Virus record (IMG/VR): IMGVR_UViG_3300048576_000547
Location: 1-54,102 of that record
DNA: 54,102 nt
Reading direction: 5' to 3' (one strand)
From: a virus
Taxonomy: Duplodnaviria; Caudoviricetes
How positions within the stretch are numbered: position 1 is the first letter of the stretch; each line of letters opens with the position of its first letter. Below the pieces are notes generated by a model. It made no database searches. It was not told the origin of the DNA and saw nothing but the letters and a program-made list of their open reading frames with translations. The position numbers were made by a program, and so were the translations under genes. Below, piece by piece: positions 17,272 to 27,464 of this stretch.

Positions 17272-18673
17272 TGGCCGCCACCAAATGGCTAAAAGTATAG
17301 AGCTTTGGCCGATTGGCAAGCTCAAGCCCTATGCGAAAAACCCGCGCACGCACAATGCGGCGCAGGTCGCACAGCTGGCCGCGAGCATCGTCGAATACGG
17401 GTTTACCAATCCGCTTCTTGTGGTCAGCGACGGCACGATCATCGCTGGGCATGGGCGGTTGGAAGCGGCAAAACAGGTCGGGTTGAAGGAAGTTCCGGTC
17501 ATCCTGCTTGATCACCTGACGCCCGCGCAACGCCGCGCCTACGTCATCGCCGACAACCAACTAGCCCTGCAAGCGGGATGGGACGACGCTCTCTTAGCGG
17601 AGGAGATGCACGCGCTGAACGGACTTGGGTTCGATCTATCGCTCACAGGGTTCGACGAAAAAGAAATCGATCAAATCCTCGCCCCCTTGCAGGATGAGCA
17701 GGAGAAGCCGTCCGAGGCTGGCGGCAAGGAAGACGAAGCGCCTGCGCCGCCCAAGCATCCCGTCTCGCGCGAAGGCGACGTCTGGCTGCTTGGCAACCAT
17801 CGCTTGCTTTGCGGCGACAGCACGGATCCCGCCGCCATTGCGCGTTTGATGGGCGGGAAGCAAGCGCACTTGCTGTTCACGTCGCCGCCCTATGGCAACC
17901 AGCGCGATTACACGACCGGAGGCATCAGCGATTGGGACAAGCTGATGCAAGGCGTATTTTCCGTATTGCCGATGCGCGACGATGGTCAGGTCTTGGTCAA
18001 TCTCGGCCAGATCCACAAAGACGGCGAATGGCAGCCTTACTGGCAGGATTGGATCGCGTGGATGCGCGAGAAAAACTGGCGGCGCTTCGGCTGGTACGTT
18101 TGGGATCAGGGGCCGGGTCTTCCGGGTGATTGGAACGGACGCTTCGCCCCCAGCTTCGAGTTCGTCTTTCATTTCAACAAGACGCCGCGCAAACCCAACA
18201 AGATCGTGCCCTGCAAATGGGCGGGGCACGTCATGCACGAAGACGAAGGCGGCTTGCGCGAAAAAGATGGCACGGTTGGCAAATGGACGCACGCCGAACA
18301 GCCCGTTCAGGAAAACAAGATACCGGACAACGTGATCCGCATTACGCGCCACAAAGCGCGCGGCGTCGAAACCGAACACCCCGCCGTGTTTCCCGTGCGT
18401 TTGCCCGCGTTCATCATGCAGGCCTACAGCGCCGAGGGCGAGATTGTTTATGAACCCTTCTGCGGATCGGGAACCACCATCATCGCGGGCGAACAAACAG
18501 GCCGCGCCGTTCGGGCGATGGAGCTTGCGCCCGCTTATGTCGACGTGGCCGTGCGCCGATGGCGCGAGATATTCCCGAACGCGCCCCTTGCGCTTGAAGG
18601 CGAAGGAACAAGTTTTGAAGAAACCGCCGCCGCGCGCGGCATCGATTTGACCCAAGAAAGCGAAGCCTCATGA
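17264..18673 (+). CDS. ParB-N domain fused to N4/N6 DNA methyltransferase (SPPY)
   Basis: PYAKNPRTH, IIAGHGRL, ADNQL; TSPPY, HPAVFP, EPFCGSGTT; start may be ATG 17285. Confidence 0.92.
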   Translation: MPNGRHQMAKSIELWPIGKLKPYAKNPRTHNAAQVAQLAASIVEYGFTNPLLVVSDGTIIAGHGRLEAAKQVGLKEVPVILLDHLTPAQRRAYVIADNQLALQAGWDDALLAEEMHALNGLGFDLSLTGFDEKEIDQILAPLQDEQEKPSEAGGKEDEAPAPPKHPVSREGDVWLLGNHRLLCGDSTDPAAIARLMGGKQAHLLFTSPPYGNQRDYTTGGISDWDKLMQGVFSVLPMRDDGQVLVNLGQIHKDGEWQPYWQDWIAWMREKNWRRFGWYVWDQGPGLPGDWNGRFAPSFEFVFHFNKTPRKPNKIVPCKWAGHVMHEDEGGLREKDGTVGKWTHAEQPVQENKIPDNVIRITRHKARGVETEHPAVFPVRLPAFIMQAYSAEGEIVYEPFCGSGTTIIAGEQTGRAVRAMELAPAYVDVAVRRWREIFPNAPLALEGEGTSFEETAAARGIDLTQESEAS

Positions 18674-19875
18674 CCTTGACCGTTGAGCTTTGGTCGCTCG
18701 ACCGCTTGCTGCCCTATGCCGCAAACGCTCGGACGCATGATGACGCGCAGATTGCGCAAATCGCGGCCAGCATTGCGGAGTTTGGGTTCAATGCGCCTTG
18801 CCTTGTCGATGATCGTGGCGTTTTGATCGCGGGGCATGGCCGCCTTTTAGGCGCGCGGAAACTTGGCTTAACTGAAGTTCCCGTCATTTGCCTCGGCCAT
18901 CTATCAGAAGCGCAGGCGCGCGCTTATCGCATTGCCGACAACCGCATCGCTGAAAATAGCAAATGGGATGAAGCGATGCTTGCGGCAGAGGTGGCGCGGC
19001 TGCAAGAGGAGAACGTCGATCTTTCTCTCCTTGGGTTTGGAGAGGACGAGATCGACGATCTGCTGAATCTTGAAGACGGAAACGAAGGGAACACGGACGA
19101 CGATGCCGTGCCGGAAGTGCCCATCGATCCCGTGACAAAGACCGGCGATGTCTATGTTCTTGGCAATCATCGTTTGCTCTGCGGCGACAGTACCGTTCTC
19201 GAAAACGTCGAAAAGGTTCTCGATGGTGCGCTGGCCGACATGGTATTCACGGATCCGCCTTACAACGTGGATTACGGTAACACGGCCAAGGACAAGATGC
19301 GCGGCAACGACCGCAAGATCATGAACGATAATCTTGGCAAAGGCTTCGAGGCCTTCCTTTATGACGCTTGCGTCAATATGGTGACTGTCTGTAAGGGCGC
19401 GATTTACATCTGCATGTCATCCAGCGAACTGCACACGTTGCAAAAAGCCTTCGTTGCGGCGGGCGGAAAATGGTCGACTTTTGTCATCTGGGCCAAAAAC
19501 ACTTTCACGCTTGGGCGCTCGGACTATCAGCGCCAGTACGAGCCGATCCTCTATGGCTGGAAACAAGGTACCGATCATTTCTGGTGCGGCGCGCGCGATC
19601 AGGGTGACGTGTGGTTTGTGAACAAGCCGACGAAGAACGATCTGCATCCGACCATGAAGCCCGTTGAGCTTGTTGAACGCGCCGTCCGCAACAGCAGCAA
19701 AAGCCGCGACATTGTTCTGGACTGCTTCGGCGGCTCTGGCAGCACGCTCATCGCTTGCGAGAAAGCCGGGCGTCAGGCGCGGCTGATCGAATTGGATCCC
19801 AAATACTGCGACGTGATTGTCAAGCGGTGGGAAGAGTTTACGGGAAAGAAAGCTGAACTGGCTTCGGCATCTTAA
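18670..19875 (+). CDS. ParB-N domain fused to N6-adenine DNA methyltransferase (DPPY)
   Basis: PYAANARTH, IAGHGRL, ADNRI; TDPPYN, HPTMKP, DCFGGSGST. Confidence 0.93.
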   Translation: MTLTVELWSLDRLLPYAANARTHDDAQIAQIAASIAEFGFNAPCLVDDRGVLIAGHGRLLGARKLGLTEVPVICLGHLSEAQARAYRIADNRIAENSKWDEAMLAAEVARLQEENVDLSLLGFGEDEIDDLLNLEDGNEGNTDDDAVPEVPIDPVTKTGDVYVLGNHRLLCGDSTVLENVEKVLDGALADMVFTDPPYNVDYGNTAKDKMRGNDRKIMNDNLGKGFEAFLYDACVNMVTVCKGAIYICMSSSELHTLQKAFVAAGGKWSTFVIWAKNTFTLGRSDYQRQYEPILYGWKQGTDHFWCGARDQGDVWFVNKPTKNDLHPTMKPVELVERAVRNSSKSRDIVLDCFGGSGSTLIACEKAGRQARLIELDPKYCDVIVKRWEEFTGKKAELASAS

Positions 19876-20375
19876 GCACAATCGAACCAGCGCATGCATG
19901 TGGCAAGCAGGTGATCGTAATCGCCGCTTGACGCCTCAGTCATGAATTCTTTGATCTGATCGCCCGGCACGCCTTCCTTGCGTGCGGCGCGCTGGCATTG
20001 CCCAAGCACGGCGAAGGCATTGCCATCGCGGCCGGAAAGCTGGACGCGCACGTCGGGAAAGCGCAAGGCGTTGTCGGGGGCTTTAAAACCGACATAGCGC
20101 GCGTAACCGTATCCTTCGGGATTGATGTAAAGCTGGCGCCTATCGGAAGCCGTGACTTCGATCACACTCACGCGACCGTTAAAGTAGCCGCCTTTGCCGA
20201 GACACCAAGTGCGGTCTGTAAGAAAGGATTGGACAAGGGCATCGTATTCCTCGGCGGTCAAGGCAGTGGTTTCGCTGACCGTGACGACTTCCGCCCTTAG
20301 GCTGTCGTCTCGATAAGCGGCCTCGACATCGGTAATGTCGCGCGGCTTGCTGGCAAAACGCACAAGGATGGTCAT
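19872..20375 (-). CDS. Hypothetical phage protein, apparently two domains
   Basis: N part ends YINPEGYGYARYVG; C part VQLSGRDGNAFAVLG...SGDYDHLL; AAGGA RBS. Confidence 0.8.
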   Translation of the reverse strand: MTILVRFASKPRDITDVEAAYRDDSLRAEVVTVSETTALTAEEYDALVQSFLTDRTWCLGKGGYFNGRVSVIEVTASDRRQLYINPEGYGYARYVGFKAPDNALRFPDVRVQLSGRDGNAFAVLGQCQRAARKEGVPGDQIKEFMTEASSGDYDHLLATCMRWFDCA

Positions 20376-20388
20376 TGGTCGGATCCTT

Positions 20389-20874
20389 TCATTTAACGCG
20401 GTCGATAAGGGTTGCTTTCGCGCCGAGCTTATTTATGAGCGCGTCAAGTGCGCTGCCTCTGTGACCGCCGATATGCCATTCGCTGATCGCTTCGATCAGA
20501 GGAAAGTCCGGCGAGTAGCTGCGACTGTTCTTGTAATTGTAAATCGTGGCGACCTCTTTGCGCGGAAGCATAACAAGCCAATGCGCTTCGGTTTTAAAGC
20601 CGTCGCCTTCCGATGGCTTGCCGAAGATTTCGACAAGGCCTGCATAGGACGCTTTAATGCTTCCGATGTAACAAGTGCCGTCGGCAGGATGCTTTATGAC
20701 TTGGCGCGCCTGCTTGCGCTGACGAAGGCCCGCATCGTAAGCGGCTTCGAGCGCGGCCTTGATGCCCCAAACGCTGCAGTCGTGGAAATCGAGTTCGTCG
20801 CTGTTGCGCGTTTGCAGCGTGCCAATATGAAGATGGTCTGATGCGATTTGTGAAAAAATCTCGTTTCTGGTCAT
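20389..20874 (-). CDS. DUF6900-like protein with C-terminal extension
   Basis: TLQTRNSDELDFHDCSVWGIKAALEAAYDAG; GAGG RBS before ATG 20874. Confidence 0.8.
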   Translation of the reverse strand: MTRNEIFSQIASDHLHIGTLQTRNSDELDFHDCSVWGIKAALEAAYDAGLRQRKQARQVIKHPADGTCYIGSIKASYAGLVEIFGKPSEGDGFKTEAHWLVMLPRKEVATIYNYKNSRSYSPDFPLIEAISEWHIGGHRGSALDALINKLGAKATLIDRVK

Positions 20875-20881
20875 CGCCGCC

Positions 20882-21211
20882 TCACGCTGCTTTGGTTTCG
20901 TGGATCGCTTTTCTGAAATAGCTCTTCCAACCCCTGTCCTGCAGGATGTTGTCGATGTGCTCGGCAATCGCTTCGGGGCTTGTGGGGCCGCCTTTGATGA
21001 AGCTTAACTCGTCGGCGAGATGGCGACCGAAGCGCGCGTCAAGAAGATCGCGCGTATGTTCAGGCGTAAGATCAAAGCGCTCTGCAAGCAGTTTGCTCAT
21101 CGCGTCCCAAACCATCGGCGCATCGTAGTCGCTGCGGACGCTTGTGCCCCAAAATCCCCATTCGGGGTTGGCGGTGGGAAGCGGGTTGTTGTTTTGCATA
21201 ATGGCCTCCAA
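20882..21211 (-). CDS. Hypothetical phage protein
   Basis: PTANPEWGFWGT...RDLLDARFGRHLAD conserved-looking motif; GGAGG precedes the internal ATG at 21199. Confidence 0.75.
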   Translation of the reverse strand: MEAIMQNNNPLPTANPEWGFWGTSVRSDYDAPMVWDAMSKLLAERFDLTPEHTRDLLDARFGRHLADELSFIKGGPTSPEAIAEHIDNILQDRGWKSYFRKAIHETKAA

Positions 21212-21297
21212 TAAATGCGTTTCTCATTACATGGTGATGATCGCTCTTCGTCGCAAGATTATCCACTCAATTAGGGATCATATGATTGCGAAGATAA

Positions 21298-21330
21298 GCG
21301 CCGGTTGATTGTTAGATAATCAACCGGCGC
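21298..21330. terminator. Hairpin downstream of the DUF3489 gene
   Basis: 13-bp perfect inverted repeat GCGCCGGTTGATT-N7-AATCAACCGGCGC. Confidence 0.55.
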
Positions 21331-21342
21331 GCACGGATTGCT

Positions 21343-21729
21343 TCATTGCTTGGGGGGTGCGATTTTATAAACGCGTTTGCCGTCTTTCGGCTTTTCGGAA
21401 ACGATTTGGTAACCACGTTTCTTGCCGAGCGCGTGAGAAATCGCCGAACGCACCGTGTGTTTTTGCCAGCCCGTCGCCTCGACAATCTGGTCGATGGTCG
21501 CGCCTTCGGGGCGGCTTAACAGTTCGATAACCTTCGTGAGTTTCGTATCCCGCGCAGGTGCGTCATTTGTCGGCTTCATGGCCGCGACGGCGGCAAGACC
21601 CGCCTGCATAGGCTCGGAGAGTTTGCTTTCATCGAGGGGTTTGCCGTTGCCTTGGGCCTTGGTTTTGATCGCGGCCTTGACGATAGTTTTCGGCTTGGAT
21701 TTGCCTGTTTTGCTTGGTTTTTTGGACAT
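21343..21729 (-). CDS. DUF3489 family protein
   Basis: TKLTKVIELLSRPEGATIDQIVEATGWQKHTVRSAIS...LGKKRG...RVYKI; AAGGAGG RBS. Confidence 0.9.
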   Translation of the reverse strand: MSKKPSKTGKSKPKTIVKAAIKTKAQGNGKPLDESKLSEPMQAGLAAVAAMKPTNDAPARDTKLTKVIELLSRPEGATIDQIVEATGWQKHTVRSAISHALGKKRGYQIVSEKPKDGKRVYKIAPPKQ

Positions 21730-21873
21730 GTTTGTGTCCTCCTTTCGCCATCATGAACGCTTCATTCGCGGCACTTATCCAGTCAATTATGAGCAATCAG
21801 ATGGCTTTCTTCGGCTTATCCCGATCATTAGGTGATCGTGCAAAAGCGACGCTGGGGCGCAGGAAAATGACAT

Positions 21874-22431
21874 ATGGGAGTCAGTCAACGACAGTTCGCC
21901 GATCTGTGGGGCAAAAGTCGCGGCGCGGTGCAGAAAGCCATCGCATCGGGCCGCATCCGGCTTGAAAGCGATGGGACAATCGACGCGGATAAGGCCATCG
22001 CGGCATTGGCGACGAATACGGATCCCGCGCAAGTGCGAGGCAAAGAAAAGCCGAAAGGCAAAGCGGTGCCAGAAGCGGCCATCCGCGCCGTCGGCGATAC
22101 GCTACGAGAGTCCGGCCACGCGCCCATAACAGGCGGCGGCACGACCTTCGTCCAAGCCCGCACGGCAAATGAAGTTTTGAAGGCGCAAGAGCGCCGCGTC
22201 AAACTGCAGAAGCTTAAAGGTGAGCTTGTCGACCGCGCGCAAGCTGTCGCGTTGATCTATCGGATTGCACGGCAGGAGCGCGATGCATGGCAGATGTGGC
22301 CAACGCGCGTCGCCTCCGCGCTGGCCTCTGACCTCGGCGCGGACACGCATCAGGTTCAGGTCGCGCTTGAAAAGCTGGTGCGCGAGCATCTGGCTCAGCT
22401 TGCCGACATCAAGATCGAAATCCGCTCATGA
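21874..22431 (+). CDS. Terminase small subunit (Nu1-like)
   Basis: N-terminal HTH (SQRQFA...AVQKAIASGRI), ARTANE..KA...LKGELVDR; directly upstream of the large subunit. Confidence 0.85.
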   Translation: MGVSQRQFADLWGKSRGAVQKAIASGRIRLESDGTIDADKAIAALATNTDPAQVRGKEKPKGKAVPEAAIRAVGDTLRESGHAPITGGGTTFVQARTANEVLKAQERRVKLQKLKGELVDRAQAVALIYRIARQERDAWQMWPTRVASALASDLGADTHQVQVALEKLVREHLAQLADIKIEIRS

Positions 22432-24377
22432 TCGGCATCGAAGAAAGCCTCGCCTCGTTCGACGGTGCGGACATAATATTGCGCAGATGGGCGGATGGCC
22501 TAGCGCCCGATCCGGATCTGATGGTTTGGGAATGGGCGGATCTGCATCGCTTTCTCTCGCCGCGCGGCGCAAACGAAGCTGGGCCGTGGCGCACGATCCG
22601 CACGCCGTACTTGCGCGAACCCATGAGTTCGCTGTCACCGTCTTCACCTTATCAGCGCATCGTATTCATGAAAGGCGCACAACTCGGAGGCACCGAGTGC
22701 GGCAATAACTGGATCGGATACATCATTCACCACGCGCCGGGGCCTGCCATGATGGTGAACCCGACGGTCGAAATGGCTCGTCGCTCCAGCCAGCAACGCA
22801 TTGAGCCGATGATAGAAGAATGTCCGGTGCTGCGCGAACGTGTCGCGCCTGCGCGTTCACGCGATAGTGGCAATACGGTGCTGAGTAAAGAGTTTCCGGG
22901 CGGCATTCTGGTTATGACTGGGGCTAACAGCGCCATCGGTCTGCGCTCTATGCCCGCACGGTATTTGTTTCTGGACGAGGTCGACGCTTATCCTGCAAGC
23001 GCAGGCGAAGAAGGCGATCCGGTTGCCTTGGCCGAGGCTAGAACGCGTACCTTCGCGTGGAGGCGCAAGGTGTTCTTGTGCTCCACGCCGACGATCAAGG
23101 GCATCTCGCGCATCGAACGCGAATATGAGGCGAGCGATCAACGCAAATACTTCGTGCCGTGCCCGTTTTGCGGACACAAGCAGGTTCTGCGGTTCGAAAG
23201 GTTGCGTTGGGAGAAAGGCAAACCGGAAACGGTCGCCTATTTCTGCGAGCATTGCGAAGCGCGGATCGAGGAACGATACAAGCCTTTCATGAACGAACAT
23301 GGAGAATGGCGTGCGACGGCGGTCAGCACCGATCCGCTTACGGTGGGCTACCACATCTCAAGCCTTAACTCGCCGTTGGGCTGGTACACTTGGGAGCGCG
23401 TCGCCCGCGATTGGGAAGCGGCACAAGGAAACGACGAGGCCATGAAAGGCTTCAAAAACAGCGTGCTCGGCGAGACATGGGTTGAGAGCGGCGAAGCGCC
23501 AGACTGGCAAATCCTATGCGACCGCCGAGAGCCGTATCGTTTGGGCACGGTTCCAAAACACGGCTTGTTCCTGACTGCTGGCGCGGACGTACAGAAAGAC
23601 CGCATCGAGGTTGATGTCTGGGCGTGGGGGCGCGGCCTCGAAAGCTGGCTCGTCGATCACATCGTTATTCCCGGTGGGCCGGATGATCCTGCGGCTTGGG
23701 CCGCGCTGGCGCAACTGCTGACACAGACATGGCCGCACGAGAATGGGCCGCATCTGACAATTGCCAAGCTGGCTATCGATTCCGGTTACGAAGCACCTGC
23801 CGTCTATGCGTGGACGCGCAGGATGGGCGGCGGACAGGTCATGGCCGTTAAGGGCGCGGAAGGATTTAACCGCGCCAGCCCCGTTACAGGCCCCACTTAT
23901 GTGGACGCGACCGAAGGCGGACGCAAAATCAGGCGCGGCGCGAAGCTTTGGGTCGTCGCGGGATCGACGTTCAAAACAGAGACCTATCGTTATCTGCGCC
24001 TTGTTCGGCCAACAGCCGAAGAGATCGCGGACGGTGCGCTGTTCCCGCCCGGAACGGTGCATCTGCCCGAAGGCATCGATAGCGAATGGATCAGGCAGTT
24101 GACGGCGGAACAGCTTGTGACCGTCAAGACCAAGCGCGGCTTCTCGAAACTGGAATGGCAAAAGCTGCGCGAACGAAACGAAGCCTTGGACTGCCGCGTC
24201 TATGCGCGCGCGGCGGCATGGATTGTCGGGATTGATCGGTTTTCACAGCGGCGATGGGAAGATCTTGAAAAGGCGGTTGCGCTTATCGAAGCCGAACCCG
24301 CTTCTCAAGTCGATTTCAGGCGGACGGGTTCGAAGGCGCCTCAGCAACGCCGCGTGATCAGGAGCAGTTATTTATGA
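22428..24377 (+). CDS. Terminase large subunit (lambda GpA family)
   Basis: TPYLRE, KGAQLGGTE, LFLDEVDAYP, STPT, GADVQKDR, IDSG, RNEALDCRVYA. Confidence 0.96.
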   Translation: MIGIEESLASFDGADIILRRWADGLAPDPDLMVWEWADLHRFLSPRGANEAGPWRTIRTPYLREPMSSLSPSSPYQRIVFMKGAQLGGTECGNNWIGYIIHHAPGPAMMVNPTVEMARRSSQQRIEPMIEECPVLRERVAPARSRDSGNTVLSKEFPGGILVMTGANSAIGLRSMPARYLFLDEVDAYPASAGEEGDPVALAEARTRTFAWRRKVFLCSTPTIKGISRIEREYEASDQRKYFVPCPFCGHKQVLRFERLRWEKGKPETVAYFCEHCEARIEERYKPFMNEHGEWRATAVSTDPLTVGYHISSLNSPLGWYTWERVARDWEAAQGNDEAMKGFKNSVLGETWVESGEAPDWQILCDRREPYRLGTVPKHGLFLTAGADVQKDRIEVDVWAWGRGLESWLVDHIVIPGGPDDPAAWAALAQLLTQTWPHENGPHLTIAKLAIDSGYEAPAVYAWTRRMGGGQVMAVKGAEGFNRASPVTGPTYVDATEGGRKIRRGAKLWVVAGSTFKTETYRYLRLVRPTAEEIADGALFPPGTVHLPEGIDSEWIRQLTAEQLVTVKTKRGFSKLEWQKLRERNEALDCRVYARAAAWIVGIDRFSQRRWEDLEKAVALIEAEPASQVDFRRTGSKAPQQRRVIRSSYL

Positions 24378-24580
24378 CCTACACGATCTCTCAACGTGAT
24401 GCTCTGCGCGCCGCGATTGCAAGCGGCGTCCTGCGCCTCTCCTATGACGGAAAGACGGTGGAGTACCGCTCGATGGCCGATCTGAAATCGGCGCTGAATG
24501 ATGTGGAAGCCGCTTTGGCGCGGGAGAACGGCGAAGTGCAGACGCGCCGGATCAAGATTTACGCGGACAAGGATCTCTAA
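24374..24580 (+). CDS. Head-tail joining protein (gpW-like)
   Basis: 68 aa between terminase and portal; SYDGKTVEYRSMADL. Confidence 0.85.
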   Translation: MTYTISQRDALRAAIASGVLRLSYDGKTVEYRSMADLKSALNDVEAALARENGEVQTRRIKIYADKDL

Positions 24581-26118
24581 TGAACGTCTTTTCTCGCATC
24601 GGTGCAGCGGTCAAATACGCCGCCACCGGACGCTTGTCCGCGTCTGCGCTCATGGGCAGCTTCGAGGGCGCGATGGCGCAACGGCGGCTGGTGGCTTGGC
24701 GGGCAACACAGGAAAACATAAATGGTCTGCTGGCATCTGGCGGTGATCTTCTGCGCGCGCGGGCGCGGCAGATCGTGCGCTCGAACCCTTATGCCTCGAA
24801 TGCTTGCGAGAGTTTTGTGGCAAATGCCGTCGGCGCGGGCGTTAAGCCATCCAGCCTTGTCGCCGATCAGGCGCTCAAGGATCAAATTCAAAAAACATGG
24901 CTTGCATGGACGGACGAAGCGGACGCCGATGGTCTGACAGATTTCTACGGGCTTCAGGCTCTGGCGGTGCGCGCCATGTTCGAGGCCGGAGAATGTTTCA
25001 TCCGCTTCCGCCAACGCATGCCGCGAGATGGATTGACCGTTCCCTTGCAGCTTCAGCTTCTTGAAGCCGAGATGCTGCCATTGACGAAGATCGACATCGG
25101 CCCTACGGGCAATCCCGTGCGCTGCGGGATCGAGTTCAATCCCATCGGCCAGCGCGTGGCCTATCATTTTTATCGCAAACATCCGGGCGATAGCACGGAT
25201 CAAAGCAATAAGGGCGAGATCGTCCGCGTTCCGGCATCAGAAATCCTTCACATCTATCGTCCCGAACGTCCGGGCCAGATACGCGGCGTGCCGTGGATCG
25301 CGCCCGCGCTGGTGAAGCTTTATCTGCTCGACCAGTACGACGACGCGGAACTGGATCGCAAGAAGGTCGCGGCCTTGTTCGCGGGCTTCATCACGAAGAA
25401 CGCGCCGGAAGACAATATGATGGGCGAAGGCGCAGCGGATGAAACAGGCGCAGCCATCGCGGGGCTATCGCCCGGCACGATGCAGGTGCTTCTGCCCGGC
25501 GAGGATATCAAGTTCTCAAGTCCAGCCGATGTCGGCGGGTCTTACGAGATGTTCCAGTACCGAACGCTTCTGGCGGTTTGCGCCGCTATGGGTATTCCCT
25601 ACACGAACGTCACGGGCGATCTAAAAGCTGCCAATTATTCCAGCATTCGCGCAGGCACGGTCGAGTTCCGGCGGCGGCTGGATCAGTTCCAGTTCGCTAC
25701 GCTGGTGTTTCAGATGTGCCGTCCGATATGGCGGCGCTGGATGGAGACCGCCGTTCTGGCTGGTGTGCTCGACATGCCGGGCTTTGCCAAAAATCCGGCG
25801 CAATACACGGCGGTCAAATGGATCGCGCCAAAATGGGAATGGGTCGATCCGCTCAAAGACCGTCAGGCCGAGAAAATTGCGCAAGAACAAGGCTGGAAAG
25901 CACCTTCCGACATCATCGAAGCCGAGGGCAACGATGTGGACGAAACCTACAACCGCATCGCCGCCGACCAGAAACGCCGCGAAGAGCTTGGCATCAAACT
26001 CGGCCAACCTGCACCAACGCCAGCGACCCCTCCGGAGCAAACCGCTCCTGATGCGCCCGACCAACAAGCGCAGGATCAAACGGAAACGGATCAACAACAA
26101 ACAGATCAAACAGCATGA
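24580..26118 (+). CDS. Portal protein (lambda family)
   Basis: LRARAR..VRSNPYA, RPGQIRGVP, GDLKAANYSSIRAG, WVDPLKD. Confidence 0.95.
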   Translation: MNVFSRIGAAVKYAATGRLSASALMGSFEGAMAQRRLVAWRATQENINGLLASGGDLLRARARQIVRSNPYASNACESFVANAVGAGVKPSSLVADQALKDQIQKTWLAWTDEADADGLTDFYGLQALAVRAMFEAGECFIRFRQRMPRDGLTVPLQLQLLEAEMLPLTKIDIGPTGNPVRCGIEFNPIGQRVAYHFYRKHPGDSTDQSNKGEIVRVPASEILHIYRPERPGQIRGVPWIAPALVKLYLLDQYDDAELDRKKVAALFAGFITKNAPEDNMMGEGAADETGAAIAGLSPGTMQVLLPGEDIKFSSPADVGGSYEMFQYRTLLAVCAAMGIPYTNVTGDLKAANYSSIRAGTVEFRRRLDQFQFATLVFQMCRPIWRRWMETAVLAGVLDMPGFAKNPAQYTAVKWIAPKWEWVDPLKDRQAEKIAQEQGWKAPSDIIEAEGNDVDETYNRIAADQKRREELGIKLGQPAPTPATPPEQTAPDAPDQQAQDQTETDQQQTDQTA

Positions 26119-27404
26119 ATCTTCTTCCCCACATCGCGGCCCGTGTATTCGGCGCGCCGCTTATGATCGCGCGCGCCAAGCTGGACGTCATCCTCAGCGT
26201 GCTCGTACCGCGTCTTGATGGCGAAAGTCTACAGCCAAAATCTTCGGCGGAGACGCGCGATTACGATGTGACGCCGGAGGGCATCGCCGTCATCCCCGTC
26301 TTCGGCACGCTGGTGCGGCGGACGGTCGGGCTTGAAGCGCAAAGCGGGCTTGTCAGTTACACGACCATCGGCCAGCAGTTGGACATGGCGCTTTCGGATC
26401 CTTCCGTCAAAGCGATTTTGCTTGATGTCGACAGTCCCGGCGGCGAAGCGGGCGGCGTGTTCGATCTGGCCGACAAGATTTACGCGGCGCGCAAGGTCAA
26501 GCCGATCTGGGCGTCCGTGGACGAGGACGCTTTTTCCGCCGCTTACGCCATCGCCGCGTCCGCCAGCAAACTCTACGTCCCGCGCACGGGCGGCGTCGGC
26601 TCTATCGGCGTGATCGCCGTGCATCTTGATCAATCGCAGGCCGAGGCCGATGTCGGCCTCAAATACACGGCGATCTATGCGGGGGCGCGAAAGAACGACA
26701 TGTCGCCGCACGAGCCTTTGTCGGATCCCGCGCGCGCCGCGCTGCAAACGGAAGTCGACCGTGTCTACGACCTGTTCGCGCAGACGGTTTCGCGCGGGCG
26801 GCGCATGCCGGTGGAGGCCGTGAAAGCGACCGAAGCCGGATTGTTTTTCGGCGAGGACGGCGTCGCAGCCGGACTTGCCGACAAGATCGGAACCTTCACG
26901 GACGCTTTGGCTGATCTGACGGCAAGCCTCGCGCCCAAGCCTCTCCGTTTTTCTCTGTCCACAACCACAAACACGCAAAGAAAGGATATGTCTATGAAAG
27001 ACCCGAACCTGAACGCCGCAACCGAGGCGCAAGCCGCCGAAGTCACTGCGCAAGAAGCGCCTGCCACGCCTATGGCGGCGCAAGAACCCGCCGTTGATAT
27101 CGCTGCGCTTACGGCGCAGGCCAAAGCGGAGGCTCGCGCCGAAGCGTTGGCCTATGTCGCCGAAGTGAACGAGTTGTGCCAGCTCGCGGGCATGCCGGAC
27201 AAGGCGGCGGGCTTCGTCGCCAAAGCCGTTCCTGTGGCCGATATCCGCAAGACTTTGCTCACGGCCAAGGCCGCTACGGCGGAAGCGACGGCCATCATGT
27301 CCCAGCATGAAGGAATGGCTGGCAGCCCGTCTGCCAAGTCGAAGATCGACACGGCGGCGATCTACTCCTCCCGCAACAACCCGAAAACGCAGTCACGGTT
27401 GTGA
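26115..27404 (+). CDS. S49 prohead protease (gpC-like) with C-terminal scaffold
   Basis: DVDSPGGE, SAAYAIA, GSIGV, GLADKIG. Confidence 0.93.
   Translation: MNLLPHIAARVFGAPLMIARAKLDVILSVLVPRLDGESLQPKSSAETRDYDVTPEGIAVIPVFGTLVRRTVGLEAQSGLVSYTTIGQQLDMALSDPSVKAILLDVDSPGGEAGGVFDLADKIYAARKVKPIWASVDEDAFSAAYAIAASASKLYVPRTGGVGSIGVIAVHLDQSQAEADVGLKYTAIYAGARKNDMSPHEPLSDPARAALQTEVDRVYDLFAQTVSRGRRMPVEAVKATEAGLFFGEDGVAAGLADKIGTFTDALADLTASLAPKPLRFSLSTTTNTQRKDMSMKDPNLNAATEAQAAEVTAQEAPATPMAAQEPAVDIAALTAQAKAEARAEALAYVAEVNELCQLAGMPDKAAGFVAKAVPVADIRKTLLTAKAATAEATAIMSQHEGMAGSPSAKSKIDTAAIYSSRNNPKTQSRL
26994..27404 (+). CDS. Nested in-frame scaffolding protein (Nu3-like)
   Basis: Internal AAGGA RBS (26982-26986) 7 nt before in-frame ATG 26994; Ala/Glu-rich helical product. 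Confidence 0.6.
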   Translation: MKDPNLNAATEAQAAEVTAQEAPATPMAAQEPAVDIAALTAQAKAEARAEALAYVAEVNELCQLAGMPDKAAGFVAKAVPVADIRKTLLTAKAATAEATAIMSQHEGMAGSPSAKSKIDTAAIYSSRNNPKTQSRL

Positions 27405-27464
27405 GCGGCGCGCATGCGCCGGTCACAGAGTAGTTGCGTTCAACAAAAGAAAGGAAAATAACCC

